Of a stretch of 64,000 bases of DNA, positions 48,299 to 58,765 are shown piece after piece. Within the stretch, counting starts at the first letter, position 1. The number at the start of each line of letters is the position of its first letter. Origin of the DNA: Bacteroidota bacterium (GTDB lineage: Bacteria > Bacteroidota > Rhodothermia > Rhodothermales > UBA10348). The notes beneath the pieces are model-generated. The model was not told the origin of the DNA. It was given only the letters and a program-made list of their open reading frames with translations, and did not search any database. A program made the position numbers and the translations under genes. The stretch covers positions 4,625 through 68,624 of the forward strand of contig JAJCYQ010000095.1 in NCBI GenBank assembly GCA_029262835.1, in the 5' to 3' direction.

Positions 48299-48305
48299 CG
48301 TCACC

Positions 48306-49223
48306 GTGCCGCCCGTTCCTGTCATAGCCGGACCCACCGCCGTTGGCAAGACCAGTACCGCGTTGGAGCTGGGCCGCCTGTTGGGGTCACCGGAAATCGT
48401 GTCGTGTGACAGCCGCCAGATTTACCGCGGCATGGATATCGGAACGGCCAAGCCAGCTGAGACCGTACTTCAGGAAACACCTCATCATTTTATCAATGAA
48501 CTCGATGTCGGACAACATTTTTCGGCCGGTGAGTTCCAGTTGCAGGCCGAGTCCAGGATTGCTGACATACAGAGCCGCGGCCATTCGCCCGTCGTGGTTG
48601 GAGGCTCCACTCTGTATGTGCGGGCACTCGTACTCGGCCTTGGCCAGACACCGAGGGTCGACGCTGACGTCCGGACGCGTCTCAACAGGCGCATGGAGAC
48701 CGTAAGCCCGGAAGTGCTCTATAACGAGTTGGTAGCCGTAGACCCTGCCTATGCCGCCACGCTCGACAGCTCCAAATCCCAGCGTATTGTTCGCGGCCTT
48801 GAGGTCTTCGCTGCCACCGGACGCACACTCACGTCATTCCAACAGGATCACCGCGCACCACGGCACGACTATCTCGTGTTTGTCCTTTCACGACACCGCG
48901 AGCGCCTCTACGCGGAGATCAACGATCGCGTTGACGACATGATACAACGCGGTCTGGTGCAGGAAGTTGAACGGTTCCATGAAGCCGGTTTCTCTGAGCA
49001 CACGGCCGCGATGCGGACTATCGGTTACCAGGAACTCTTTCCCGCGCTGCGGGGTGACTATGATATGGAGCGCGCTGTCGAACTTGTCAAACGCAACTCG
49101 CGGCGTTATGCCAAAAGACAGCTAACTTGGTATCGCGGCATGGAAAGTGCCCACTGGATTGACGTTGACGGGCTCTCAGCTCGAGATGTCGCCGGGCAGA
49201 TTCATTCCTTGCTCGGTTTGTGA
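48306..49223 (+). CDS. miaA: tRNA dimethylallyltransferase
   Basis: P-loop GPTAVGKTS, DSRQIYRGMDIGTAKP, KRQLTWYR. GTG start. Confidence 0.93.
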   Translation: MPPVPVIAGPTAVGKTSTALELGRLLGSPEIVSCDSRQIYRGMDIGTAKPAETVLQETPHHFINELDVGQHFSAGEFQLQAESRIADIQSRGHSPVVVGGSTLYVRALVLGLGQTPRVDADVRTRLNRRMETVSPEVLYNELVAVDPAYAATLDSSKSQRIVRGLEVFAATGRTLTSFQQDHRAPRHDYLVFVLSRHRERLYAEINDRVDDMIQRGLVQEVERFHEAGFSEHTAAMRTIGYQELFPALRGDYDMERAVELVKRNSRRYAKRQLTWYRGMESAHWIDVDGLSARDVAGQIHSLLGL

Positions 49224-51280
49224 CGTTCGACCTTGGCGTCGTTTGGCACGGTCACAAACAGAAACTGTCTATGCAATGGCCGCCAGATGGGGCGACACGC
49301 GACAACACATGCACCCATACGGCTCGCGAGCTCTACCCATGCCCTGTCGGTTCGGTGCTGGAGGTGAGCTTCCTGTTCATTCATGCCGAACGGAGACAAC
49401 CCATCCGGCTGAGACGATCCATCCGGCGTGCGGCCAACTGAACGCAGGCGATTGGCAAGAACGTCGAGCCGGCGCAGCAGTGCGTGCTCCCAGCCCCACC
49501 TGTACGTGGACTCCAGTACAATGACCCGGTGTCGGGCTACACGCAGAGCCTCCTCCAGAACGGTCGACGGAGACGCGGCGTGATGCAGTACATAGGTCAT
49601 TACTACTACATCATAGGTGCTATCATCCACAGGTAATACTAATCCATCGTACTGGATGTTCTGTACAGGCACGTTGACCGATGGCCGGACCTCTGCCACG
49701 GCGACATCGCGGCCGGGATCCAGGGGCGAAGTCGTGAAATGAGTATCGGTCGCCCGGCGCCAGGCCAGGTACCCCTCTCCCCCTCCCACGTCGAGCACGC
49801 TCTCCCCGGGCCCGACCCACCGCCGAATCATTCCATACTTGGCGTCAGCGCGCCAGGCGAGTACGGCCTGCAGCCAAGCAGGGCTGCGCTGCCACGCCCA
49901 GACCACAAACCAGACGCCCCACCCTGTGCGAACAGCCCACCAATAGGGCGCTTGACCATGGGAATACAGCAGGTATGTGGCCACGCTCACAACGGACAGT
50001 ATAAACCAGTGCCACGGTATCCGGTTTTCGAAGAGCACAGCCCCAAGTATAAGGACACCAACGAGATACCACGGATGGACCGTAGTAGAAAAGACCAGAT
50101 AAAGAGCCCACGCTCCGTAGCCCATCTTCCAGGCCCACCACGCCGGCACGCCACTGGCTCGCTTTTCCGCCACATCGTCCAGCACGAACCGCAGACGCTG
50201 CGAACGCGCAAGTGCGGCTACTCCCAGAAGCACAACGACGCCCAGATATATTTCCCGGAACGCCGGACCGATCTGCTTCGACCAATCCGCTCCAGTGCGG
50301 AATTCATACCACTCCTTGACCAGATAGTAAGGCCCGGCATTGAACTCGAACCAGGCCACGTAGAGCCGGAGTGAATCCGAGATATTCGCCGGCACATATG
50401 CGGCGGCAAATGGCAGCCAGACGGCGACACTGACAAGTGCCACCCAGGCTGTCAGTCGGAAACGGGTAGGCCAACGCGTCGATGCGCCAAGAATGAGGAA
50501 GGGGAGCATGACTAGCGGTACCAGCTTCACCCATCCGGCGACTGTGACCCAGAAGACAGCGGCACCCCACTTACCCTTCTTCCAACTGGCCACGCCTGCC
50601 GCCAGCAGCGGAAGAAGTAGCACGTCGGTGTGTCCCTGCAGTGACCCTGCAATGAGGAGCACTGGACTCAGCGCCACGAGCAGCAGCGTGCGGGGCCGCA
50701 CGAGCCGCGAGAGCATAAAAAGCCCCCCCAACTCGGCAGCGGTAAACAGCGCCTTGATACCCATCCAAGAACCCCACCAGGCGCCCTCCGGACCCGGAAT
50801 GGACGCAAACAGGGGGACTTCCCTCCCCAAGAGGGCACCGGCTGCAAAAAACAGCTGGGTCACAGGTGGATAGACCGAATGGAAATCAGGGGAATTGAGC
50901 AGGCAGAACAGTTCGCCCTCGTGCCAGTCGCGAAACATGGCATCGGATGGCAGGAACGCATAAGGGTTCATGCCCTCAAGCACAACCCAGCCATCCCAGA
51001 CGTATCGGTACATGTCATCCGATAGCACGGGTGGGGTGGGAAAGGCCAGTAGGCGGAGTACGGCGGCGACGGCCAGAATGAATCCAGTCTTCCACGCGTC
51101 CAACTTCCAGGCTGCGAGTTGGAGCGCTCCTACGGCAAGCGCGGCAGCAACGAGTACGGGAAAGGTGTGTTGCTGCTGCGCGGCCAGGATCATGACCACG
51201 GACGAAGAAGTCAGCAGTACGGCCAGTAGAGCCGATACGCCAGTAGCGGGCGTTTGAATGCGTCCCTCAGCCTCTGTCAA
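49202..51280 (-). CDS. Fusion protein: polytopic membrane glycosyltransferase-like domain (DUF2029/GT87-like) + C-terminal class I SAM methyltransferase
   Basis: The N-terminal ~440 aa are multi-TM and carry DDMYRYVWDGWVVLEGMNPY, a motif typical of the DUF2029/PIG-V-like mannosyltransferase families. The C-terminal ~240 aa carry VLDVGGGEGYLA (SAM motif I) and YDVVVMTYVLHH. Confidence 0.65.
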   Translation of the reverse strand: MTEAEGRIQTPATGVSALLAVLLTSSSVVMILAAQQQHTFPVLVAAALAVGALQLAAWKLDAWKTGFILAVAAVLRLLAFPTPPVLSDDMYRYVWDGWVVLEGMNPYAFLPSDAMFRDWHEGELFCLLNSPDFHSVYPPVTQLFFAAGALLGREVPLFASIPGPEGAWWGSWMGIKALFTAAELGGLFMLSRLVRPRTLLLVALSPVLLIAGSLQGHTDVLLLPLLAAGVASWKKGKWGAAVFWVTVAGWVKLVPLVMLPFLILGASTRWPTRFRLTAWVALVSVAVWLPFAAAYVPANISDSLRLYVAWFEFNAGPYYLVKEWYEFRTGADWSKQIGPAFREIYLGVVVLLGVAALARSQRLRFVLDDVAEKRASGVPAWWAWKMGYGAWALYLVFSTTVHPWYLVGVLILGAVLFENRIPWHWFILSVVSVATYLLYSHGQAPYWWAVRTGWGVWFVVWAWQRSPAWLQAVLAWRADAKYGMIRRWVGPGESVLDVGGGEGYLAWRRATDTHFTTSPLDPGRDVAVAEVRPSVNVPVQNIQYDGLVLPVDDSTYDVVVMTYVLHHAASPSTVLEEALRVARHRVIVLESTYRWGWEHALLRRLDVLANRLRSVGRTPDGSSQPDGLSPFGMNEQEAHLQHRTDRAWVELASRMGACVVACRPIWRPLHRQFLFVTVPNDAKVERHKPSKE

Positions 51281-51653
51281 AACGGATGACAGTTCGACGG
51301 CCGCCTCGTTCGTAACGTACCTCGTCGGCCATGCGTTCTATAAGGAAGAGACCGCGGCCGCCGTCTTCCAGCAGATTCTCCTCGTCCAGAGGATCTACGA
51401 CGGCACTGCGCATGAAGCCACTGCCTTCGTCTTCCACCTCGATGATGAAGGCATCTGACAGTTCTTCAAAAACAATCTCGACTTTCTTTTCCAGAATGGA
51501 TTCATTCCCGTGCTCAATGGCGTTCGTCACGGCCTCCGACGCCAGGAGAACGGCTTTGTACACGAGATCCTCGTTGTCCGTGTGGCTGGAGAAAAAGGCT
51601 TCTGCCTGATCGACAACACGCTCGAGATCATCGAACGAGCTCTGAATTGTCAT
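51267..51653 (-). CDS. Anti-sigma regulatory factor-type Ser/Thr kinase (RsbW/SpoIIAB-like HATPase)
   Basis: 128 aa with N-box EAVTNAIEHG, G1 VEDEGSGF and G2 GGRGLFLI. Only the C-terminal 128 aa of the 277-aa ORF-track entry are used, because the rest overlaps the GT4 gene in another frame. Confidence 0.75.
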   Translation of the reverse strand: MTIQSSFDDLERVVDQAEAFFSSHTDNEDLVYKAVLLASEAVTNAIEHGNESILEKKVEIVFEELSDAFIIEVEDEGSGFMRSAVVDPLDEENLLEDGGRGLFLIERMADEVRYERGGRRTVIRFDRG

Positions 51654-53001
51654 TGCTAGTCTGGCCACTGGACGGGGGTTCTGGTTGACGTCGCACCAAA
51701 GTACGAAAATGATCGGCAATGCGACGGGCTCCCTCCCGGCGATCGAAGTTTTTGAGCTGGTGCTGGTCAGGCTTGGGGAGCGCTCCGCCCTTCCACAGGT
51801 CAAAGAGTTCCAAGAGCCGCTCCGTGACCTCCGAAGTACGTTCGGGATGCGCCAGAAAGCCGGCACCGCAGGCTTCAATGTCTTCCTGTGCCACGCCTGG
51901 TGGAACCAGTCCCAGGATGGGTCGACCTGCACCCATGTACTCGTACAGTTTTCCTGTTGAAATGCCTTCACTGCCAGGACGCTCCCCGATCGTAAGCCAC
52001 AGGACGTCAGCAGCCAGCTGGGCGCGTACGGTCTCCATGTGGGAGACATATCCATGAGTGACGACGGCGCCCGAAAGTCCCAGTTCGCTGACAAGATCAT
52101 TCATATAGGCAGGCACAAGCCCCATGAAGTGTGCCTTGGCCTGGCTCTTGAATTCCTCGTTGGTGGCCGCAGCCGCAGCGAACGCACGCAGGAAGACGTC
52201 CGGCTTCTGGGCATCGTAAAAAATGCCGGTGTAGAGAAATACGCACGTCGCGCTGGCCCCCGGCGCGCCAGTCGTTGGCACGGCAGTCGCTGGCGGACCT
52301 GCAACCGAAAAGTCATCAGGATCAAATCCCTGTGGCACAATGTGTACGAGGGCCTCATCGATAGCGTGGCGAGACAGGAGGGCATCCCGAATGGAACGAT
52401 TGATGACATGGATCTGTGCAGCCGCCGCGACGACGCCCCGCTCCATGTGGGCGGCCAGGCTCGCATGCCTCTTCGTGGGATAGGTGTGCCGAGGATTTCC
52501 AATCCAGTCGTCACGATAGTCCAGAACGAGTGGTAGGTTGTGCGCACGGGCGAGCCGTCTTGCCACCAGAAGGCCGGTGTACGGCGGCGCGGTGGCGAAA
52601 ACGAGATCGTGTGGCTCCCTCCGGAGCAGGCGCCGCCCTGCGCGCACGGCGAATGGGTACCATCCAATTTTGTTGTCCGGCTGGAACACCCACTGCGATA
52701 CAGAAGACAGCAGGCCACGACGTCCCTCTTCCGGAAGCGCCACGGTTCTCTGACGCGTGCCGAAAACCCGTGTGGGATCGAGCGAGCCGGTCCTCTTCAC
52801 GTGAATGCCTGCGCGTTCAATTTCCGAGGCGAGGGCCGGGTCAAAGGCAAAATAAGCGCCGGGATGAACCGTCAGCACGGATACGTCTATCCCATTGTCG
52901 GGCAGATACTTGACAAGCTTTGCAACACGTTGTACGCCGCTCAGTCCCATGGGCGGAAAATAGTAGGCTACCACCAGCACCCGAAGTCGCCGTTGCATCA
53001 C
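51628..53001 (-). CDS. Glycosyltransferase family 4-like protein
   Basis: The N-terminus RVLVVAYYFPPMGLSGVQRVAKLVKYL and a C-terminal GT-B domain with E-x7-E-like region (GKLYEYMGAGRPILG). Confidence 0.75.
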   Translation of the reverse strand: MMQRRLRVLVVAYYFPPMGLSGVQRVAKLVKYLPDNGIDVSVLTVHPGAYFAFDPALASEIERAGIHVKRTGSLDPTRVFGTRQRTVALPEEGRRGLLSSVSQWVFQPDNKIGWYPFAVRAGRRLLRREPHDLVFATAPPYTGLLVARRLARAHNLPLVLDYRDDWIGNPRHTYPTKRHASLAAHMERGVVAAAAQIHVINRSIRDALLSRHAIDEALVHIVPQGFDPDDFSVAGPPATAVPTTGAPGASATCVFLYTGIFYDAQKPDVFLRAFAAAAATNEEFKSQAKAHFMGLVPAYMNDLVSELGLSGAVVTHGYVSHMETVRAQLAADVLWLTIGERPGSEGISTGKLYEYMGAGRPILGLVPPGVAQEDIEACGAGFLAHPERTSEVTERLLELFDLWKGGALPKPDQHQLKNFDRREGARRIADHFRTLVRRQPEPPSSGQTSNDNSELVR

Positions 53002-54149
53002 AGGAGCACCGTTTCGGTCGAAAGACGATTCAGGCGCGTACTCCCTGCCTGCGAGACGACCACCGTGTCCTCAAGCCGGATTCCGAATCTGTTCTCCAGA
53101 TAGATCCCAGGCTCTATGGTGATAACCGTCTGGTCACTCAGCGTATGATCTGCCCGCTTCGAGACTCCCGGCCATTCATGCACCTCAATACCCAATCCAT
53201 GCCCCAGAGCGTGTGAAAACTGATCTCCATAGCCTGCGTCCTCGATCACGCGGCGCGCCACGCCATCCAGAACCTGTGACGACAGGCCTGCCACAGCAGC
53301 AGCGACAGCCGCTGCCCGCGCGCGGTCGACTACGTCCCAGACCTCTCGGAAACCGGGAGGCGGCTTCCCGATACAGGCCATACGCGTCATATCGCTGCAG
53401 TACCCGTCAAGTTCGCAGCCGAAATCAAAAAGGATGGGCGTGGCGGGCGCGAGTCGGCGAGGGCCCGGCCGCGCATGCGGCCGGGCCGTATGGCTGCCGA
53501 ATGCCACAATCGTCTCGAACGAGGACCGACTCGCGCCCGCCCTTTTCTGTCGGTAATCGATCTCGGCGGCCAGTTCGCGCTCGGTAACTCCCTCTCTGAC
53601 CAACGACAGGACGTCCAGAAAGACGGATTCCGTGAGCCGCAGTGCCCGTGTCATTGTCTCCAGCTCTACTTCGTCCTTGACGGCCCGCAGCGCATTGGCA
53701 AGCCCTGCGCGGGGACAGACGTCGCAGTCACATGCGTGTTCGGAGAGCGCCTCGAGCAGGGCCTCGTGGCTGTCTACCGTGAGGTGGTCCGCCTCGATGG
53801 CGAGGTGCACGGCGCGGGCGCCCTCGCCCGCCATGCGGGCGAGGGCGCCCGCAAAAACCGGCTGCGCAGCAAGCGCCGCCGGGAGGCCGTGAATAACCAT
53901 CCCCACATCTGACACGATTCCAGACATAACGAGATCACGCGCTTCGTTCTCATAACGGCCATCCGTGAAAAACCAGGATCCTTCACGAGCAACGAGCAGT
54001 GCGCCGTTCGAACCACTGAACCCGCACAGCCACCGAAGTGTCCCCGTGCTGCTCACAAGTACGGCATCCAAGCCATCCGCCTGGACGCTCTCGACCAGCT
54101 TCTGCTGCCGCACCCTGTATGGCATATCAGACATGACGCACTCCGCCAA
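52998..54149 (-). CDS. pepP: Xaa-Pro aminopeptidase (M24B family)
   Basis: A creatinase-like N-domain and a pita-bread domain with HALGHGLGIEVHEWP and the metal ligands (D..D, H, E, E). Confidence 0.85.
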   Translation of the reverse strand: MAECVMSDMPYRVRQQKLVESVQADGLDAVLVSSTGTLRWLCGFSGSNGALLVAREGSWFFTDGRYENEARDLVMSGIVSDVGMVIHGLPAALAAQPVFAGALARMAGEGARAVHLAIEADHLTVDSHEALLEALSEHACDCDVCPRAGLANALRAVKDEVELETMTRALRLTESVFLDVLSLVREGVTERELAAEIDYRQKRAGASRSSFETIVAFGSHTARPHARPGPRRLAPATPILFDFGCELDGYCSDMTRMACIGKPPPGFREVWDVVDRARAAAVAAAVAGLSSQVLDGVARRVIEDAGYGDQFSHALGHGLGIEVHEWPGVSKRADHTLSDQTVITIEPGIYLENRFGIRLEDTVVVSQAGSTRLNRLSTETVLL

Positions 54150-54152
54150 GTG

Positions 54153-55646
54153 TCACGATTTCGTACTGTAGTTCGGCGCCTCCTTCGTGATGGCAATATT
54201 GTGCGGATGACTTTCTACGAAGGCCGAAGTGCTGATCCGCACAAACTGGGCGCGATCATAGAGTTCGGGTACCGTCTGACATCCCGTATAGCCCATGGCT
54301 GCGCGGAGTCCTCCCAGCATCTGGTAGACTACCTCGTGCAGCGAACCACCGTAGGGAACCCGCCCTTCTATCCCTTCAGGAACCAGTTTCCCGAGTTCAT
54401 CTTCCACATCCTGGAAGTACCGGTCCTTACTGCCTGCCTGCATGGCGCTGAGCGATCCCATGCCCCGGTAGCTCTTGTACTTTCGCCCCTCGTAGAGGAT
54501 GGTTTCACCAGGGCTCTCTTCAACGCGCGCAAACATACCACCGATCATGACGCTTGCGGCCCCTGAAGCGAGTGCCTTGGGGATGTCCCCCGTCTGCTTG
54601 ATTCCCCCGTCCGCAATGACCGGGATATCGTGTTCCATGGCCGCTTCGGCGCATTCCAGTACGGCGCTGAGCTGTGGCACACCGACGCCAGCCACAATGC
54701 GCGTGGTACAGATCGACCCCGGACCGATGCCGACTTTCACGCAGTCAGCTCCGGCCGAGATGAGATCCAGCGTGGCCTCGCGCGTGGCCACGTTGCCGGC
54801 CAGGACATCCAACTCCGAACGATAGGCCTTGACACGCTCTACCGCCCGGAGGACGCCCTGGCTGTGTCCGTGGGCGGTGTCGACCGTCACGAAGTCCACG
54901 CCCGCTTCCACGAGTGCACTGAGTCGCTCCTCGATGTCCGACGTCACTCCCACAGCGGCGCCAACACGAAGGCGCCCGTGTTCGTCCTTGCAGGCATTCG
55001 GGAACTGCCGCTTTTTCTGTATATCCTTGAACGTGATCAGTCCAGACAATCGTCCTTCCTCGTCTACGACCGGCAGCTTCTCAATCTTGCTGGCCTGCAG
55101 AAGCGCCTCGGCCGCTTCGAGTGTGGTACCCTTCGGAGCCGTAACAAGGGGCGTCCGGGTCATGACGTCCTCAAGCAGCGCGCTGCCGTCGACCTGGAAT
55201 CGGAGATCACGATTCGTTACGATGCCCACGAGGACGTTGCTTTCACCCACGACGGGTATACCACCGATGGAGTAACGAGCCATCATGGCGCGGGCATCCG
55301 TAACCGTGTGCCGAGGCCCGAGGGTGATGGGATCCATAATCATGCCGCTCTCGGAGCGCTTCACGCGGCGCACTTCCGCTGCCTGCTGCTCGATGGACAT
55401 ATTCTTGTGCAGCACCCCCGCGCCACCCTCCCGGGCGAGCGCAATGGCCAGATCCGACTCGGTGACCGTATCCATGGCGGCCGAGAGAATAGGGATATTC
55501 AGACGGATGTTGCGGGTCAGGCGCGAGCCCGTATTGACATCCCGCGGCATGATGACGCTGTGTGCCGGAACCAGCAGAACATCATCGTAGGTCAGCCCTT
55601 CACCACGAAATTTCGGGTGGGACACATGCAATTCCTTGTCGTTCAT
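54153..55646 (-). CDS. guaB: IMP dehydrogenase
   Basis: TIM barrel with a CBS pair, the catalytic loop [11 protein letters not shown], and GGIKQTGD. Confidence 0.96.
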   Translation of the reverse strand: MNDKELHVSHPKFRGEGLTYDDVLLVPAHSVIMPRDVNTGSRLTRNIRLNIPILSAAMDTVTESDLAIALAREGGAGVLHKNMSIEQQAAEVRRVKRSESGMIMDPITLGPRHTVTDARAMMARYSIGGIPVVGESNVLVGIVTNRDLRFQVDGSALLEDVMTRTPLVTAPKGTTLEAAEALLQASKIEKLPVVDEEGRLSGLITFKDIQKKRQFPNACKDEHGRLRVGAAVGVTSDIEERLSALVEAGVDFVTVDTAHGHSQGVLRAVERVKAYRSELDVLAGNVATREATLDLISAGADCVKVGIGPGSICTTRIVAGVGVPQLSAVLECAEAAMEHDIPVIADGGIKQTGDIPKALASGAASVMIGGMFARVEESPGETILYEGRKYKSYRGMGSLSAMQAGSKDRYFQDVEDELGKLVPEGIEGRVPYGGSLHEVVYQMLGGLRAAMGYTGCQTVPELYDRAQFVRISTSAFVESHPHNIAITKEAPNYSTKS

Positions 55647-55650
55647 ATAG

Positions 55651-56454
55651 TTACAGTTTCACTTTGCGGTACAGGGCGGACACTTCATCGCGGGAGAGCC
55701 GGCGCCATTTCCCGCGGCGGATTCCTTTTACTGAAAGTCCGGCGTAGCTGATGCGTTCCAGGGACACAACCTTGTGACCAAGTGCCTCGAACATGCGACG
55801 TACCTGGCGGTTGCGCCCCTCATGGATGGAAATACCAACCACTGTACGCACGGTGGGGTCAGGAAAGGCCGCCCGGCCAGCTTTGGCCGGACCGTCTTCG
55901 AGCGTAATGCCGCCAAGGAGCGCTGCCAGGTCCTCATCGGACAGCTCGCTCTCGGTTCCAACGAGATACACCTTGTCGATCTCGTACGATGGATGCATGA
56001 GGCGGTGCGCAAGATCGCCGTCGTTCGTGACGAGAAGGACACCTTTCGTATCGCGGTCCAGGCGGCCAACAGGAAACAGGCCGACTTTTTCCCTTTCCGG
56101 AAGGTCGAACAGGTCCATCACATTTCGGCGGCCGCGTTCGTCACTCGTCGTGGTAATGGTGTCGGTCGGCTTGTTCAGGATGTACCAGGCCAGGTTGAGC
56201 GGTACGATTTTTCGGCCGTGTACTTCGATGGTGTCCCTGGGTGTTACCTTCGTACCCAGTTCAACGACTGTTTGACCGTTGACGGCGACCTCGCCGCGGG
56301 CAATCAGCTCGTCCGCTTCACGCCGTGAGCAGACCCCGGAACGGGCCATGTATCTATTCAGCCGGACTTCTTCCTTGTCGGACGGGATGGTACGTGCTGG
56401 CACCTTGGGGAAATTCCTGTCATTCGGACGTTTCGTCCTGGGTCTGTGTGCCAT
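55651..56454 (-). CDS. rluB: 23S rRNA pseudouridine synthase (RluB/RsuA family)
   Basis: S4 domain [30 protein letters not shown] and the catalytic [17 protein letters not shown]. It follows scpA-scpB, a common arrangement. Confidence 0.85.
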   Translation of the reverse strand: MAHRPRTKRPNDRNFPKVPARTIPSDKEEVRLNRYMARSGVCSRREADELIARGEVAVNGQTVVELGTKVTPRDTIEVHGRKIVPLNLAWYILNKPTDTITTTSDERGRRNVMDLFDLPEREKVGLFPVGRLDRDTKGVLLVTNDGDLAHRLMHPSYEIDKVYLVGTESELSDEDLAALLGGITLEDGPAKAGRAAFPDPTVRTVVGISIHEGRNRQVRRMFEALGHKVVSLERISYAGLSVKGIRRGKWRRLSRDEVSALYRKVKL

Positions 56455-57097
56455 GATCGTGTTGTTCGTTCGCGAGGGTAAGTCCGGAGGTCATCATCAG
56501 CCGTGCCTTTTCCCGATGGAAGGCAGGATCGTCCAGGATGGACTCCACTTCACGCAGGTTGGGAAGATCGTCGAGGGCGGCCAGGCCGAAGAGCTCCAGA
56601 AACTTGTCTGTCGTGCCATAGAGTAGCGGGCGACCCACCGTATCGGCGCGCCCAACGACATCAATGAGCCCATATTCCAGGAGTTTTCGCAGGGCGTAGT
56701 CACAGTCGACGCCCCTGACGAATTCCAGGTCGGAACGCGATGTCGGCTGCCTGTAGGCAAGGATAGCGAGCGCTTCCATGAGCGTCCGCGTAAGACGGCG
56801 CTGCCCGTCGGTGGCGTGCACAGCCTCCATGTACGGTGCCAATTCCGCCAAGGTAGCGAACCTGTATCCACCTGCCCACCGCTCTATACGGAAGGAGCGC
56901 CCGGTCCTGGCGTACAGTTCGTTGATTTCGTCAACGATGCCCTCAACGTCGTCGGGCGCAGGTGCTTCACTGCCGGTTACATCCGCGAAGGCACGCGCTA
57001 TGTGCGCCGCCGTAACCGGTTCATCGGCGGCGAATACAATGGCTTCCACAGCTTTCTCCAACTGCTCGCGGTACGTCTCGTCGGTTCTATTCGTCAT
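56420..57097 (-). CDS. scpB: Segregation and condensation protein B
   Basis: The EAIVFAADEPV start and two wHTH repeats (ALAILAYRQPTSRSDLEFVRG). Downstream of scpA with an 11-nt overlap. Confidence 0.9.
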   Translation of the reverse strand: MTNRTDETYREQLEKAVEAIVFAADEPVTAAHIARAFADVTGSEAPAPDDVEGIVDEINELYARTGRSFRIERWAGGYRFATLAELAPYMEAVHATDGQRRLTRTLMEALAILAYRQPTSRSDLEFVRGVDCDYALRKLLEYGLIDVVGRADTVGRPLLYGTTDKFLELFGLAALDDLPNLREVESILDDPAFHREKARLMMTSGLTLANEQHDHGTQTQDETSE

Positions 57098-57821
57098 GGG
57101 CCGTTTCGTCTTTCGGAAGCAGCGTCAGGTAGAAGTCATCGTGTCCACCTTCTATGAATATATCCAATTCTCCGCGGCGAGCCATTTCCAGAACGGCAAG
57201 AAAAGCAGTAATAATGAAGGGTTTGCTACGCCCACGCATTATGTCTACAAAAGAATGGCGCCCCTCACTGCGAAGGGTGGCCTCAAGGAAGTCCTGTTGT
57301 TCTTCAATGGTATAGGCCTCGGACTCTACCTCATGGTCGTCGACAGCCGGCACCATGGTGAGGACACGCCGAAGGGCGGAAACGAGGTCGAATACAGTCG
57401 CTTCGACCAATTCGCTGCCGGGTTCAGCCACTGGTGCCACGGCTGCTGCGGCCTCGCCGCGCGTGAACTGTCGAATGCGTTCTTCATACCGGGCGGTCAG
57501 ATGGTCCGATGCTTCCTTGAAGCGAATGTACTCCAGAAGGCGTTCCACAAGCTCCTGACGTGGATCAATGGGTTCTCCGTCCTCATCCACCTCTGAGGTT
57601 GGCAGGAGCATCCGTGTCTTGATTCCGATCAGTAGGGCTGCCATGTACAGAAAGTCACCTACCCCGTCGAGGTCTACTTCCTCCATGAACTGGACATAGG
57701 CGAGGAATTCATCGGCAATCTGGGAAATCGGAATGTCATGCACGTCCAACTCATCCCGTCGGATGAAGAAAAGTAGAAGGTCGAGTGGACCCTCGAATTG
57801 CTGTAATTGGACTTTGTACAC
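57087..57821 (-). CDS. scpA: Segregation and condensation protein A
   Basis: N-terminal FEGPLDLLLFFIRRDELDVHDIPI is the kleisin ScpA signature. Confidence 0.9.
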   Translation of the reverse strand: MYKVQLQQFEGPLDLLLFFIRRDELDVHDIPISQIADEFLAYVQFMEEVDLDGVGDFLYMAALLIGIKTRMLLPTSEVDEDGEPIDPRQELVERLLEYIRFKEASDHLTARYEERIRQFTRGEAAAAVAPVAEPGSELVEATVFDLVSALRRVLTMVPAVDDHEVESEAYTIEEQQDFLEATLRSEGRHSFVDIMRGRSKPFIITAFLAVLEMARRGELDIFIEGGHDDFYLTLLPKDETAHDE

Positions 57822-57829
57822 GCTTGCCG

Positions 57830-58765
57830 TCAGGATGAGCTGTCTGTCTGTCTTTCCTTGAACCAGAGGGCCGTTTCGCGTAATCCCTCTTCCACCCGAA
57901 TGGACGGTTGCCAGTCCAGTTCACGACGTGCTTTGTCCCATGACAGCACCGAACGCTGCTGCTCGCCCGCCTTGGCCGGACCATGGTGCTCTTCGGCGTG
58001 GGGAGCAACCGCATGACGCACGATACGGAAAAGCTGGTTCACAGTCGTCTCCACTCCTGTACCGATGTTGATCGTTCCTACGGGGCGCTTTTCCAGGGCC
58101 GCCATATTGGCAGCCACGACGTCGCGCACATGGACATAGTCGCGCGTCTGAAGCCCATCTCCATTCACAACGGTCGGCATGCCGGCAAGCAGCCGCTGGG
58201 CAAATATCGCGACCACGCCTGCCTCCCCGTGTGGATTCTGACGAGGGCCATACACATTGCCATAACGCAGCGCGGTCCAGGAGATGTCATACGTATGGTG
58301 ATAGAAGTGCAGGTATTTCTCTGAGCACAGCTTCGTTATGCCGTACGGGGACAACGGGTTGAGTGGATGCGCCTCATCCTGTGGAGCATATTCCGGCTCG
58401 CCGTAGATGGCACCACCTGTTGACGAAAAGACGACGTGCTTCAGACCGCGACCGCGCCCGGCTTCCATCACATTCAGCATGCCCCCTATGTTGATGTCCG
58501 CATCGAACCCCGGATCGGCCACCGAGCGGCGCACGTCCATCTGCGCGGCGAGGTGGAATACGACCTCAAATCTGTGCTCCTGCCACAGGTCGGCCAGACC
58601 GGCATGGCGCACATCGCATTCGTGAAGCGTGGCTCCTTCGGGCACATTGTGACGGAATCCACCCGAGAGGTCATCGAGCACGTGAACGTCATGGTGAGCG
58701 GCGAGCAGCGCATCGACAATATGTGAGCCGATAAAACCAGCGCCGCCGGTAACGAGGACTGTCAT
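57830..58765 (-). CDS. NAD-dependent epimerase/dehydratase (GalE-like)
   Basis: VTGGAGFIGSH Rossmann motif and the catalytic YGITK (YxxxK). 311 aa. Confidence 0.85.
   Translation of the reverse strand: MTVLVTGGAGFIGSHIVDALLAAHHDVHVLDDLSGGFRHNVPEGATLHECDVRHAGLADLWQEHRFEVVFHLAAQMDVRRSVADPGFDADINIGGMLNVMEAGRGRGLKHVVFSSTGGAIYGEPEYAPQDEAHPLNPLSPYGITKLCSEKYLHFYHHTYDISWTALRYGNVYGPRQNPHGEAGVVAIFAQRLLAGMPTVVNGDGLQTRDYVHVRDVVAANMAALEKRPVGTINIGTGVETTVNQLFRIVRHAVAPHAEEHHGPAKAGEQQRSVLSWDKARRELDWQPSIRVEEGLRETALWFKERQTDSSS

Noticed and set aside
51267-52100. 277-aa ORF-track entry suggesting a large protein upstream of the RsbW-like domain.
   Set aside because: Residues 1-149 overlap the GT4 glycosyltransferase coding sequence in another frame and look like nonsense (Trp/Ser/Arg-rich). 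The HATPase homology begins at the internal Met (51653), so only 51267-51653 is called.
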